DNA from: Isurus oxyrinchus
Taxonomy: Eukaryota
Length of the DNA stretch: 64,000 bases
NCBI GenBank assembly: GCA_026770705.1
Contig: JANJGN010000047.1
Location: 3,534,001 to 3,598,000 of the forward strand
Direction: 5' to 3'
This document shows, piece by piece, positions 39,190-52,359 of the stretch (position 1 is its first letter; each line of letters starts with the position of its first letter). The notes beneath the pieces were generated by a model. The model made no database searches, was not told the origin of the DNA, and saw nothing but the letters and a program-made list of their open reading frames with translations. A program made the translations under genes and the position numbers.

Positions 39190-40430
39190 ACATTTGGCCA
39201 TCACCTTTATTCATCTCTACAACGTCGCCTGACTCCCTTCCTGTCTCAGCTCATCAATAGCTGAAACCCGTACCCATTTCACTATTTCCTCAAACACGAT
39301 TTTTCCAATGCAATTCTACCAAGTCTCCTACTGTCTATCCCACACCCCCGTTCCTTATAAACTCGACATCAGCAAAACCTGTGATTAACTCACACTAAGT
39401 CCTGTACTCCAATCTTCCCCTCCGCTCTCTGTCTGGTTTTCCGTCCGTCAAAACCTTGATTTCAAAAAGCTGAAAAATGCATTCAAAGCTCTTCACACCA
39501 AAGCTCCTCCTTATCTGCTTAAACTTATCGAGCTCTGCAAAACTGTCAAGCGCAATAAGCTGCTCCAGTCCCTAAAACCGCTCCTCCTATCACTTTGTAA
39601 CACGGCCAGCACCTATGAAACAATTCAGATTTGTACTCTCCTTCAGCCGCAATAACATTCCCTACCTTGGAAATATACTGCTGCATTCGCCTTATCTCTG
39701 CAAAGGACCGCATCCCTATACTTCCGATCTTTTTAAAGCTGATTCAGCCATTACAACACTATCTGTCTCAGCAAACTGTCCGGCACCCTCAACTCTCCCT
39801 ATCTCTAAAACCTCCACCAGACTCTTCAACTCTCCTGATCTCTGTAACCTACTCCAGCCTCTAGAACACTCCATACCTCTGTACCCTGGCCCAGCACCTA
39901 CAACCTTTCCTATCTCTGCATCATTTTCCAGCCCCTACAACCCTCACTATTGCTGTAACTTGCTACAGGCCATGCATCTCTCCCCACCTCTGTAATCTCC
40001 TTCAGTCCCAGCAACCCTACTTATCTCTGCAACCTACTCCAGCCTCAGCAACTCTCCTCACTCTGTAACGTCTTCCAGTTCCCACAACTTTCCCTAAGTC
40101 TGTAAAATCCTCCAGCCCATGCTACTCTCCGGAACTCTGTAATAACCTCCTGCCACTCAAACCGTGCAGGATATCTCTGCACTCCCATTATGGGCCTCTG
40201 TATTTTGCTATTTTAAATTGCTCCACTATTGGAGGCCATGACTTCAGCTGTCTGGCCGAAAGCTCTGGAATTGTATCCATTAACCTCTCCGCCCCTTTCA
40301 TTCGCTCGTAGAGGACGTGCTTTAGAATCAATCTCTCCATCCTAATATCGCCTTAGATTTGTGTAACGATGTTGCTCTCCATCGCTTCTGTGAAGAGTCT
40401 TGGAAACTTTGACTATCAGAAGGACGTTTA
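39190..40430 (+). mobile_element. L2-type LINE 3' end with internal ~36-bp tandem amplification (39500-40150)
   Basis: IHLYNVA*LPSCLSSSIAET ORF2 end; reiterated ctccagccctacaaccctccctatctctgtaac units. Confidence 0.75.
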
Positions 40431-40439
40431 ATAAGTGTG

Positions 40440-40468
40440 GGCTGTTTTCAACGTATCCCGTCTATCCG

Positions 40469-40503
<35 letters not shown>

Positions 40504-41230
40504 TCCTCTCTGAATGTCTGTATCGCTGCTTCTCAAACACTCTCACACTGCCTCTGTCCCTGTTTCTATCTCTGTCTCTATCCCTCGCTCTCTCTGTATC
40601 TCAATCTCTCCCTCGCTCTCTCTCTGAATTCCAATATCTCTGTTTATCGAACACTCTGACACTGTACCTTCCTCTCTCTCTGCCTCGCTATCTATCTCTC
40701 CTTCTGTCGCTCGCAGCTTTGTCTCTTCGTGTCACTCCGCCTCCCTTTAATGCTCTTATTATTCCCCCCGCCCCCTCACTTTCTCCAGCCAGCCTTTGCT
40801 CCCTCTGTCTTTCACTATTTGTACGATTATGTTAACCAGGTTTTATTCTCATGCTGACACATACTCTCTCGCTTTAGTTTTATTTTAGGCTGCCTTTTTT
40901 ATTGCCTTTTTATGTTTTCTCTTGCTCAAAATCGCTCCTTCCTTGTGGTTCTTATTCTTTTTCAGCCTGTCTCTGCAGCGAGACCCTTTCTCTCTCTCTC
41001 ATATTTTTATCAGTCGCTTTGTTCCTAACACTCACTATCTGTCTCGATAATCCTTTCCTGTTACATTTGTCACTCTTCAGTTATTTCCCTCACTATTCCA
41101 TGAATATCTCATTATCATGTTCTCGCTACCTTCCCATCTCTTACATATTCCCTGTCCATCATTCTTCCTCCTTCCCTCCCTGTTCCAACATGCCTTATCT
41201 ATTTCCCTCTGTCCCTCGAGGGCTTTCGTG
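40440..41230 (+). repeat. CT-rich low-complexity tract
   Basis: (CT)n and degenerate tctc runs. Confidence 0.85.
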
Positions 41231-41239
41231 CACTCTCTC

Positions 41240-42345
41240 CTTGTCTCTCAAAGTTAAATTATGTTCGAACCTTGGCGATAACATTGATTTGAACCTCGCT
41301 ATCCAGTAGGGAGGGGTCCGCATGCAGCATAAAGATGATCATCAATTTCCCGCCATGGTATCAATAAAATATTGCAGTTTTATTTATCCAGTTCAGTTGG
41401 AGACAACCCAACTTAAACAAAATTGATCTAACTGAAATGCACTTTACTCTGGAAGAATTGTTGAAATCATGGACTCACTTAGTAACTTCCAAAGTTTTCC
41501 TCCCTCTTCTGGGAGTGAGATCTCTGCAGCACCTACATCTATTGACTTTCATTTTCAAGAAAATGCTACTGAACCTGAAATAAATAAATAAATAAATAAC
41601 ATGAGGATTACATTTTTTTTTCTCTGACCTATTTAAGTCCTAAGAATTCTTCAAAATACCCGCACTTAACCTAGTCTTGGCCTCATGAGTTCCATCTGCT
41701 GGGACGTTTCCACTGTGCATTTGTCTTGGTGATAATGCTGGTTCGCCTCTATTGGGATCACTGAAATCATGCCTAACTCCCTCCACCACTCGAACTATTT
41801 CTGTTTACACTCCCATATGACATTATCCCATAAATTATTAGCTGCTGCAACAACATTTCTGCCATGGCGGCTTTTGCATCTATGATGTTGTCAGGATGGT
41901 TCAATATTTTCCATTCTACAGTGTTTCACACTTTACACACGATCACCACTCCTCTGTTGATGTCTTTTCAAATTACTACTATTACATCCCCTGTATACCC
42001 TAGCAGAGAGCCTTAACACCGTTACTGAATGCTTCCTCAACCGGGATTAATCGTCCAACTCATTGTTCTGACTGGAGTTACAAGTCCTTATTTTCCACTC
42101 GGGCGCTTCATTCGCCCAGTCCATGACCTTCACTGTTTGTCCATCATTCTTGACATTCAATCAATTCTTAAATTCTACAGTAGGTTTCCCAGCTCGTCCT
42201 ATTATTTTTGCATCTCTCCAGTTATTCTATCCCCCTGGATGGCCTGACATTTGTGAACTGAATTTGGGCAGTTGGATTTCAGACCAAATAGCCCTTTCCT
42301 GTTCATCACTATCAGACTATCTCTTGGCGTGAAACCCCTGATCTA
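41240..42345 (-). mobile_element. Ty1/copia LTR-retrotransposon pol fragment (IN-RT linker and RT)
   Basis: Reverse strand: WRDAKIIGRAGKPT, WWRELG, ADGTHEAKTRL (KARLVARGF box), KSIDVGAA (DIKAAFL box), GKLWKL, LFKLGCLQL, YHGGKL..IFMLH (HVDD box). Confidence 0.8.
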
Positions 42346-42399
42346 TCACAGCTTGTTCCTCCTTCAAAGGAGGATTAGGGCCGATTAGGGCCCAAAAAG

Positions 42400-42772
42400 A
42401 CGTTTTATACTAATGGAGGTTGTGGGCAAAGCTGAGATAGTTAATTAACATTTTGCATATTTTTTTGACCAAGAATGAAAATCCTCCCCAAGCCATGTTG
42501 AAAGAGAATCAAATTCAGTGACTAGAAAGGGATGAATTTGATAAAAAGGAGTTGTTGAAGACGCTGTCTGCATTTAAAGTTGACGAAGCTTCGTGACAGG
42601 ATGATTTCCATCCAAGGCGACTGAGGGAATCGAGAGATTTATTGCAGACGACATAATTTTTCAGTCTTCCCTAAATTCAGGGGTGGTGCCCAGCGACTGG
42701 AAAATTGAAAATATTACACCCTTGCTCAAAAAAGCTTGCAAGGATAAGCCCAGCAACTACCGATCTATCAGC
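42400..42772 (+). mobile_element. CR1 ORF2 internal fragment
   Basis: VPSDWKIENITPLLKK..KDKPSNYRSIS. Confidence 0.85.
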
Positions 42773-42774
42773 TC

Positions 42775-44110
42775 GCATAGAAGCAGTTTTTTTTTACGCC
42801 ACTTACCCACCTTCACCCGAAAGTGCGGTCCATTTTTCATTTTCTTGAAACAATCCAATTCTGCTGGATGTCCCAGCCTTCCCCCGAGCGATGCTGGTCA
42901 CAGTATGCAGTCAAATGGGAATGCGACGATAACAATAAAAGTCAACTTCCTTTCATCACAACTTTTTACCACGCAATTTGGTAGAGCTTGGATTCCATGG
43001 CCCCTAACGTACGAGTTCCAGAGCAGTGTACACGGGTAAACCACAAAGATGAGCTGGGAACCCGCACCACACCACCCGCCCACGCCCCAACCCGCCCCCC
43101 CACGTCCCCCCCAAACCCCCACCTCCAAACCCTGCCTCCCACCCGCCCAGATGTTCCCAGGTCAGTTTGCACAAAAATTGCCTTGGAAGTTCAAATTTAA
43201 TTTGGGCAATTTCCCTGCACTGGGAAACATCCGAAACTGCAATGTAAATTGGAGAATTCTGTTGTTTCTAACCGTCTTACGTCAATAGTTAAAAAAAAAT
43301 TCTAACTTCTGGGTTACTATTGCAAAGACTAGCACGGAACCTGATGGGACCCGCACCACCGAAACCCAATTCCTGACCGCACCGTCCCACCACCCCACCC
43401 CCCACCCCCCGCACAACCACCACCCACACACACACACCCGAGACCCCCTGGGGACTCCTCCCTGCCCAATCTACCCCACACTCACCGGACACCACCCACG
43501 CCTCTGAGGCTGCACCAAACACTGACCCTAACCGGCCTCCTGGAACTGGCGAACCCTCCAACTCGACTAACCGAAGCGCCGACAACCCGACGCTACAAGA
43601 ATCCCCCACTCCGACTGGCCGACCCAGCCCAACTAGGCCACCCTCTCCGCAGAGTGTACGACGGCCTGCCTACTGCCCTAGTCTACCCCTCCCTCTTCAC
43701 CACTGAGTGCTGGAACTCCCGATGACCCGACCCTTCATCTGGACTGCTTAATCATTTCCCCCGACGGCCTGTGCAGCCACTACCCCAACTGCTTCCCCCC
43801 TCCAGGTTTCCCGCCTTTCCTTCTGCCCCGGCTGACAGAACCCCCCCCACCCCCCCAGTACCCCGCCCCCACCCCGATGAGCAAATTCTAAACACTTACC
43901 AGACAAACCTCCCAACCCTCGGCTTTAAAGTGGCTGGACCTTTAAACTTTTACGGCTGCCAGTGCCATTAAAGCGGACACGTGGTCTGTTTGCATCCGCC
44001 CCTGCCCTGGTGTACGGCAGGAACAGGGAGTCTGCTCGAATGTCACGGAAGGAAAAGAGCAGTGGAACTTCAAACCGACTCTGGTTGTCACTCCGCGGAA
44101 ACTCAGTCCC
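42775..44110. mobile_element. C-rich non-autonomous DNA-transposon-like repeat(s)
   Basis: C-rich low-complexity core; terminus ggaaactcagtccc resembles Harbinger-like TIR ends; partner TIR not found. Confidence 0.35.
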
Positions 44111-45149
44111 AATATTGATGTTGATCTTATAAATGTCGGGTGGCGTGCTACATTAAAGTGTGATTATGAAAGGGAACACTTAAATATTATTATACAATTA
44201 TTCCCATACACAAGTAAATTCATGGCACAACTGTTAGCATAGAGATTTCAATAATTTTTGTGACATTGAAACGAGGCAACATAGTTTTCTAGGCCCCACA
44301 ATACATGTATTTGAGCACACCATTAAAATAACTTACAGGTTACAGCTGCAATGAATGATAGTTCTTTAGGAATTCAATTGAGTTGCAGTTTTGAACTCTG
44401 TGTTGGGATTTTTGTTTTAAATTCAGAATCTCGGCTCAGAGGGCTATTTGTTTACATTTTCTCACCTCCCCCATTGGCAGTGAGCGCAGATATTATTTGC
44501 AGAATCTTATGAAATGTTTAAGTCCAAGTTCATTTAAGGAACCTTTAATTTACCACCCTTGATCAGCTATGATAAATTTACTCTTGTTTTTTTTTACTTC
44601 TTTTCATTATACTGAAGACATGTTGGATTTCCCGACATTTTTGTAAATACACAGTGATCCCGAGGCTGACCTTCGACACTTCCGGGGTCTGGAAGTGAGT
44701 GGATTTCAAATGAAATCTCTCGCGGAATATACCAGTGCATTAGATATTAAATCGATTATTCTCACTGCTCAATCCCAGCAAGGAGATAGCGGCTGTGTTC
44801 TTCTCTTCTCGTTTTTTCCAAAATAAAGTTCTGAAATGACCGTTTAAACTACACATTAATATAAGTTTAAGAGATTGTGCATTGATACAAGTCTGGTCTA
44901 CTTTGACGAGTCCTGCCAAGGGGATTTATGTTTAGCATGGAAACGAAGGATAAGAGCAAACAGCTTCTTTAAGTTCAAAAAGTTCTGTAAATAACTCACA
45001 CTATTTAAGAATATTTTAAGCAACTTAGAATGGATGGACTGCGAATATTAGAATAATGAGGAGAGTCAAACTGAATCTGGAGATCAATGAACGTGGGCAA
45101 AATATATGTAACACATGAATGACTGGTAAACAGTGGGTAGGTTCGGTCA

Positions 45150-48100
45150 GTATTTGCTACTTTTATCGCTTCCAGATTAAGCTTTTTTGTGCTTTATAGT
45201 TTGTATATTCTATAGTAATGAGGATTAGGAAAGAAGGGCCCTAGTTTAATTGATTAAAACGTTTAATTTAAAAAGATAAGTCATGGCAGGAGAGCTCAAA
45301 TCCGTGGTGTGCTCCACGTGCTCCATGTGGGAAGCTGGGAACAATTCTAGTGCCTGGGTCCAGCATGTATGCCGGATGTGTGCCCAACTGCAGTTCCTGA
45401 AAGCTGGGGATTTGGAGCTAGAACGGCGGCTGGGAGCACCGTGGAACATCTGCGAGTCTTAGAGCATCGTGGGTAGCACATTTAGAGAGGTGGTCAAACC
45501 GCAACTGAAGGGACTTGAGGAAGGAAGGGAATTGCTGACCACGAGAAAGTCCAAGATAAACAGGCAGGCAGTTCAGGAGTCCCCTGTCATTCCGCTTGCA
45601 ATCAATATTCCATTTTGGAGGCTGATGAGGGCACTGCTTCCTCCAGGGATTGCAGACAGAGCCAGCTTCTGGCACCACAAGCAGCCTGACTACAGCAGGG
45701 GAGGAAGAGACGAAGAGCAATAGTAATAGTTGCTTCTAAAGTCAGAAGAACAGATAGGCGCTACTGTGGCCATCAACGAGGCTCATGGATGGTGTATTGC
45801 CTCCCTGGTGCTAGGGTCCTGGATGTCACTGAACGGCTGAAGGGCATTCTGAAGGGGGAGGGTGATAAGGCAGAGGTCATGGTGCATGTTGGCACCAATG
45901 ACATAGGTAGAAAGAGGGATGAGGTCTTGCATCAACAATTCAGGGTGTTAGGCAGTAGACTAAAAAGCAGTACCTCCTGGGTTGTAACCTCTGGATTAAT
46001 CCCAGTGCCAGTGCTAGCGATCACAGAGATAGGTGGATAGTGAAGAAGAGTACATGGCTTAAGAATTGATGCAGGAAGGAGGATTTTAGATTCCTGGATC
46101 ACTGGGACTGCTTCTGGGGAAGGTGGGACCTGTACAAGCGGGATGGTTTACATCCGAACGTGTGCGGAGCTAAAATCCTTTTGGGAGAGATTGCTGGTGC
46201 TTGTGAGAGGATTTGAAATATTTCGGTAAGGCGAATGGTCACAGAATATTAGCAGGATCGGAACACATCATAAATTAGTATAAGAATAAATTTAAGGTAA
46301 AACGGATGTACTAAAGGTGAAGATTGACACCTGGAATTATGATATAGTTGCCTTCAGAGACAGGAGGTTAAGGGAAGGTTAGGATTGATCGCTCAAAATT
46401 TCAGGATATAGAATCTTCAGGCGAGACAAGGGAGGTGGAAAAGACAAAGATGCATAGCAGTATTAGTTAAGGATTCCGTTACTGCAGTACGGAGAGATGA
46501 CATTTTGTAGGGGGCATCGAAAGTAGATTTGTCAGTAGAGCTTAGGAGTAAAAACGGGGCAGCCACATTGTTAACTGTTTATTATAGACCCCCAGATAGT
46601 CAGCGGGAAATTGACAAGCAAATATGTGCACAATTCGCGAAGATGTATAAAAATAATAACAATAGAGTAATTATATTAGTTGATTTCAAGTTTCCCAAAA
46701 AATAATTGGAATACATATATTGTTCAGCTCTTGGCTGGTGTGGATTTCTTGAAATGTGTACAGGGCAACCTTTTCGCTCAATATGTGGAGGATCCAACAA
46801 GGGAAGGCACATTGCTGGACCGACCTCTGGGGAATGAAGCCCGACAGATGGCTGAGGTGGTGATGGAGGATTATTTTAGTGATAGCGACCACAACATGAC
46901 AACACTTAAGCTTGTTGTGGACCAAGAAATAGACCAATTGCAAAAAAATATTTTGGATTAGGGGAGAGTGGATTTTCGTAAAATAAGGCAGGATCTGGCC
47001 AAGGTGGATTGTTGACAGATTCTTTTGGGGAAATCTACAGAGGAGCAGTGGGGGCGTGCAAAAAGGAAATGCAGCGGGTACAGGCTCAACATGTTCCCTC
47101 TCGGGTGATAGGAAGAAGTAACAAGCGCAGAGAACCATGTGTGCACAGAGATATTCAGGATATGATGAGATGGAAAATATCGGCTTTTTGTAGATACAAG
47201 GGGAGCAACTGAGTGGAGGCATTAGTAGAGTACAGAAATTGCAGAGTGGAGCTTAAGAAAGCAATTAGGAGAGCATGGAGGGAATATGAGAAAACTCTGG
47301 CTGGTGAAAGTAGGGAAAACTGCATGTTATTGTATAGGTATATAAATTGGAAGAGGATAAGCAGGGAAAGAGTAGGGCCCATTAGGGACCAAGGGGCAAT
47401 CTATGGGGGGAGCCACATGGTATCGGTAGAGACTTGAACGAACGTTGGCAGGCTTAAAAGTGGACGAATCTCCCTTCGGTTACCTTCTCTCTCTCCTCCG
47501 TTGCTAAACTTTCCCTCTGGAGTTCAAGTTATTGCATTTCCATTTCTGTTTGAAATACTCTTTGATTTTTGCTTTTGCCTCCAAATAAAGTACGTTGGTG
47601 AAAAAGACATATGAGGCACTTCCCTTTATCGATCGAGTCATAGATTACAAAAGTTCAGAGCTCATTTTGGAGTTTTATAGAACCTTGGTGAACCCACAGT
47701 TGGAGTGCAGTCCTGGCCGCCACATTATAGGAAGAATGTGATTGCGCTGAAGGTAGTGAATAAGAGATTAACAGGATGATGCCTGGGATGAAACAGTTAA
47801 GTTATGTGGAGAAGTTGGATATACTTGAGTTGTTTTCGTTGGAGCGCAGAAGACTGAGGGGTGAATGGGTCGAGGTGTACAAGATTATGAGGGGCATGGA
47901 CAGGGTGGATAGGGAGCAGCAGTTCCCCTTAGTGAAGGGTCGGTCACGAGGAGATACAAGTTGAAGGTGAGGGGCAGGATTTATCGGGGGAATGTGAGGA
48001 AAACCCTTTTACCCAGACGATAATGACAGTCTGGAATGCACTCCCGGGGAGGGTGGAGGAAGCGGGTTGCCTCAAATCCTTTAAAAATTACCTGGATGAG

Positions 48101-48245
48101 CACTTGGCACATGATAACATTCAACGCTATGGGCCAAATTCTGATAAATGGGATTAGGTACGTCGGTCAGTTGTTTCTCACTTGTCAGTGCAGACACGAT
48201 GTGCCGAAGGGCCTCTTCTACTCTGTGTGATTGTGTGATTCTGTG
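45150..48245 (+). mobile_element. CR1 LINE with zinc-finger/SGNH-esterase ORF1, APE endonuclease, deleted RT core and 3' end
   Basis: MAGELKSVVCSTCSMW..C..C at 45283; CLPGARV..VHVGTNDIG; YDIVA, VYYRPP, DFKFP, SDH; sequence jumps ~47475 to ~47590 into the ORF2 C-terminus; tgattgtgtgattctgtg tail. Confidence 0.9.
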
Positions 48246-48360
48246 TATTCCCTTCGACTTGTTTGAACTCCGCAACTGCATTACATTACTCTTCTCCGGG
48301 TTATATTCCATTTGCCACTTCTCCGCCCATCAATTGATACCTTTCTGCGGTCTACAATTA
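48246..48360 (-). mobile_element. Inverted CR1 RT C-terminal fragment
   Basis: WAEKWQMEYNPEKSNVMQL in reverse. Confidence 0.75.
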
Positions 48361-49572
48361 TCCTCCTCACGACAAAACACCGCCATTTTGTTACGTTGCC
48401 TGAAAGCTTCATGATGATTCCTATATGTATGTCCAAATAGTTAATAATTACCACGAAAAAAGGAGAAACCCGATTGGTACACATTAATCTCCCAAATACC
48501 GTTCATGCTAATGTTTTCAGGATTCCTGTCGGTGCTCGGGCACTTTTTTTAACACTAAGTTCTCTATTCCCTCTGTCATGCAGCCCGATAACAGATGAGA
48601 AATTCCCCATGTGTTTACAGCAAAAGAGTGCAATGCAATTGGAAACTTTGCATTATAACTACACGTTGTTGATTAGTGACACACAATCTCATTGGCTCGG
48701 ATACCGTTGCCTCCCCCTTCAAATTCCAACCAATCTCGGAGACTTAATACGAACACATCAAGCAGAGGGTAAACACAAGGCAACATAAGAGTGAGCTCTC
48801 CCCACAACGTTGCCCTGCGGCCTGTGAAGTGGCGCTGTTGTATGACTGTTACTCAGATAAATACATCACTGACAGGCTGTTAACTTGTCATTTACCGCTT
48901 TCCTAAACTGCGCTAAACGCCTAGCGTAATTGTTTGAGGGCCAGACGGAAATATATTTCAGTGCCTGCCTTGCAGCTCCCCCGAAATATAGTGCCAAATT
49001 TAAATATCAACAGGCAGTCGGAAATTTCTCGTTGAAGCCCCCATTATGCGTTTGCACGACTTTGAGCTCCTGCCTTCTAATTCGCCATGAAATCCACACG
49101 CTTCACCTGCAACATCCTTGAGATACGGCCACATTTCGACATTATTTTTACTTCAATGTTTGAAGTGCTTTAACTTTTTTGAATTTAGCATCGTTCCGAA
49201 GGCAATTGTGAATGACCAACTTACACTGCTCATGCCCGACATTCCCACATCCCGAGTGGAAGGAATAGAAAAGAAGAGATCCTTGAGATATCAGCCTAAT
49301 GATCACAGGAACTTGTGTAGCTTGAGGTTTGCTTTCCGCAGAATGTTTTCAACATTAAGATGAAGGAGAGCGTATCTGTTGCTGAACAGCATTGTGAAGA
49401 TCGGATCATTCAGCAGCCCCTGGGAAAACATACCCTTACAGCTCACTGGTAACCTGAAGCTTAGACTCAAGAAATAGGAGAATTCCAGCCTATGCGCGAG
49501 CAGCTAGCAAGCAAAAATGCTGAATTCTCCATTCACTGCCTGTTGAATTTGAAAAGCTCGTGACAAGACCCA

Positions 49573-49633
49573 GGGAGTTTACTTCAGGTGGTTAGAGCGT
49601 GCTGCTGATAACGCCAACGTCACGGTTTTGCTC
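49573..49633 (+). pseudogene. 3'-truncated tRNA-Ile pseudogene (anticodon reads GAT)
   Basis: tcaggtggttagagcgtgctgctgataacgccaacgtcacggtt aligns to tRNA-Ile; 3' end lost at the duplication junction. Confidence 0.8.
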
Positions 49634-50303
49634 TGAACGCCTAAAGTTGTTGATGAGAGCGAGGCGGAAATATATTTCAGTTCCCTGCACTGAAACTCTC
49701 CCGAATGATAGCCCCACAGTTATATTTCAACAGGTATTCAGTAATTTCTTGTTGAAGCCCCCGTCGTGAGTTTGAGTGACTGTGAAAACCTTCTTTCTAA
49801 TTCGCCATGAAATCCACACGCTTGAATTGCAACATCCTTGAGATACAGCAACATTTCGACACTGTTTTAACTTCAATGTTTGAAGTGGTTATACTGCTTA
49901 AATTTAGCATCCTTCTGAAGGCAATTGTGAATGAGCAACTTACACTGCACATGCGCGACGTGCCCACATCCCGTGAAAGGAGTAGAAAAAAGAGATGCCC
50001 GAAATATGAGCCTATTGATGACAGAATTTGTGCAATTTGAGCTTTGTCTTCTACAGAATATTTTCCACATATGGCAGAAGGAGAACCTATCCGTTGCCGA
50101 AAAGCTTTGTGAATGTCAAGTCATTCAGCAGCTCTAGGACAATCATATCCTTATAGCTCGCTGTTGACTTGAAGTTTTGACTTGGCAAATACGTGATTCC
50201 CAACCTGTGCGGGATCAGTCAGCAAGGGAGAATGCTGAATTCTCCACTCACTGCTAGACTGAATATGAAAAGCATTTGATCCAAATGGCGACCAGTTAGC
50301 TCC

Positions 50304-50462
50304 TCGATAAAAGCAAAATACGGAGGATAATGGAACTCTGAAACAAAAACAGAAAATGCTGGAAAAACGTCTTCAGAGTCATACGGACTCGTAAAGTTAA
50401 CTCTGTCTTTCTGTCTTCAGATGCTGTCAGACCTGCTGAGTTTTTCTAGCTATTTCTGCTTT
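50304..50462. mobile_element. Penelope-like terminal fragment with inverted arms and 15-bp TSD
   Basis: aaacaaaaacagaaaatgctggaaaaac followed by the reverse-oriented terminus; TSD cgaccagttagctcc 50289-50303 / cgacaagttagctcc 50463-50477. Confidence 0.75.
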
Positions 50463-50463
50463 C

Positions 50464-50536
50464 GACAAGTTAGCTCCGTTGCTTAGAGGATGATGCTAAT
50501 GACAGTGAAGTCGCGGGTTTATTCTCGCATTAACCA
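50464..50536 (+). pseudogene. tRNA-Ile(AAT) pseudogene
   Basis: gacaagttagctccgttgcttagaggatgatgctaatgacagtgaagtcgcgggttt...taacca; AAT at 50498-50500; B box and stems damaged. Confidence 0.75.
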
Positions 50537-52359
50537 AACGGACAAGGAATATTCTGGTCCTTCAGTTCAGTTGCAGTCTTCTACTATTACGTTTTTAGAG
50601 TGGTAGTTTCTTTACTGTCACGTCTGAAGGGGATTTCGAGTATGACCGTGTTGCCTTGCGACATCGCAGGTTGCATCTTTTTTCATTCATACTTCTTGCC
50701 TCTGCAAAATTTCTGCCTCTTATTCTGACAAACCTGTCCTTCTTTTAACGCTTCTGTGCAACATATCTGTCGGTATCATGACAACGAACCTTTCACCCTA
50801 GACAGCGAAACGCTTGCAGACCAGCAGTGACATCGCTGTCAACTGTGGCCGTGCCTGTCGTTCGCTGCAATGCCGCAGGCAAATTCATTCGAACCAACTG
50901 TTAAGTGTCAATGCAACCAATTATACTAACCTACCTTAAAGTGATTTCATTCCAGCTATTAACATACCTCCACACGAAATAAATAACTTGTGTCCCAACA
51001 ATTTCACGCAAAGACTGTATCTGTCAGCAAAGCCTATCCATTATCATATTTCTTAACAGTCAGTCAGATGCGGGCGAGGCCAAAAATACATTTGCTGCTT
51101 CGGGATGTATTTTTTTTAAAGCAGCACAGTATACTCCTAATGTATTGTTAATTATTTACAGGCACGCCCGGAACGAAATAAAATTTCCAACCGCGCAACG
51201 TGTACTTCATAGCTGAGCTACTTGTACGCGACGCATAAACTTGGTCACTGAGAAGCCAATGTCTTCCCGCCAAACTTGTCGTAATTCCAATCTCTCTCTC
51301 TGAAATTCTAGTCATGAAGACACTCAGCAGAGGGTGAACTCAAGGCAAAAATAACAGTGAGCGCTCCCCACTGTGAAGTAGCTTTGCTGTATGTCTGTTA
51401 CTGGGATAGATTTGTAAATCACCAAGGGCATTTGGCCTGATATTTGTGCTGTCATTTACCATTTCCGCAACTTGATCTAATCGCCTAAAGTCATTGATTG
51501 ACAGCCAGGTGGAAATATGTTTCAGTTTCTGGCACCTGCAACTCCCCCGAATGGACCGACCGAATTTAAAATTCAACAGGTACTCGGTCATTTATCGCTG
51601 AAGAGCCAGTCATAAGTTTGTAAAGCTGTGATCGTCTTACTTATCATTTGCAATTCTGTTCAATTACAAGCTTCACTTGCATCAACGTAAGGGGAGGGAA
51701 ACACTTCAAGACTAATTTTGCTTCATTGTTTGAAGTCCTTTCAATTTGTACATTTCGCAATCCATCTCAGCACAATTTCGGATGACCAGCTTATACTGGT
51801 CGTGGAGGCATATCCATATCTCATGAAATAAATAGAAAAAGGGAGATTGGATAAGATATCAGCCTGTTGATGGCGAGAAGTTTTTCCGCTTGAGGTTTGC
51901 TTTCGGCAGAATATTTTCAACATTCAGAAGGGGAGCGTTCAAGTTGCTGAGCAGCTTTGTGAAGATCGGAAAAATGAGGCAGCTCTGGGGAAAACTCATT
52001 CCCTTCCAGCTCGCTGGCAACCTGAAGCTTTGAATTTACAAATACGGTTGTTCCAACGTTCCAGCTGGTGCGTGGTCAGTCAGCAAGGACTAAGTGTCGA
52101 TGCTCCTTGGGTCGTTCATCAGTAACATTTCAGAAACAGGATCTGAGTGACCCTCCGCCTTCTGCCCTGATACTGTCTCATAGAAGTGTACTGGAAGGAT
52201 ATTGTGTATATGTTGTTTTAGTGTTTTGCAAAAGTGTCTGCCTGTATGGTAAGAAAATCAAGCTGCATAATTCTCAGTCGAACACATCTGAACAATCCCA
52301 CTGCATACTGTGATATTTATCTGGCTGTCGCTATCACTGATCTCGTTTCCCTCTTATGG

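Larger units (their letters stand above)
48700..52090 (+). repeat. Decayed tandem tRNA-Ile array: three related spacer units
   Basis: ttcgccatgaaatccacacg at 49081 and 49801 (720-bp offset); third copy 51310-52090; units 1 and 2 end in tRNA-Ile relics. Confidence 0.85.

Noticed and set aside
40435-41309. Leu/Ser-rich ORFs of 74-135 aa
   Set aside because: Arise from CT low-complexity DNA
44670-44735. ETS (acttccgg) plus TCTCGCG motif as a promoter
   Set aside because: Isolated short motifs with no CpG island or adjacent exon
48470-48535. Candidate exon 1 for GPCR copy D (..VFRIP)
   Set aside because: No YYP-like motif, no consensus donor, no promoter footprint
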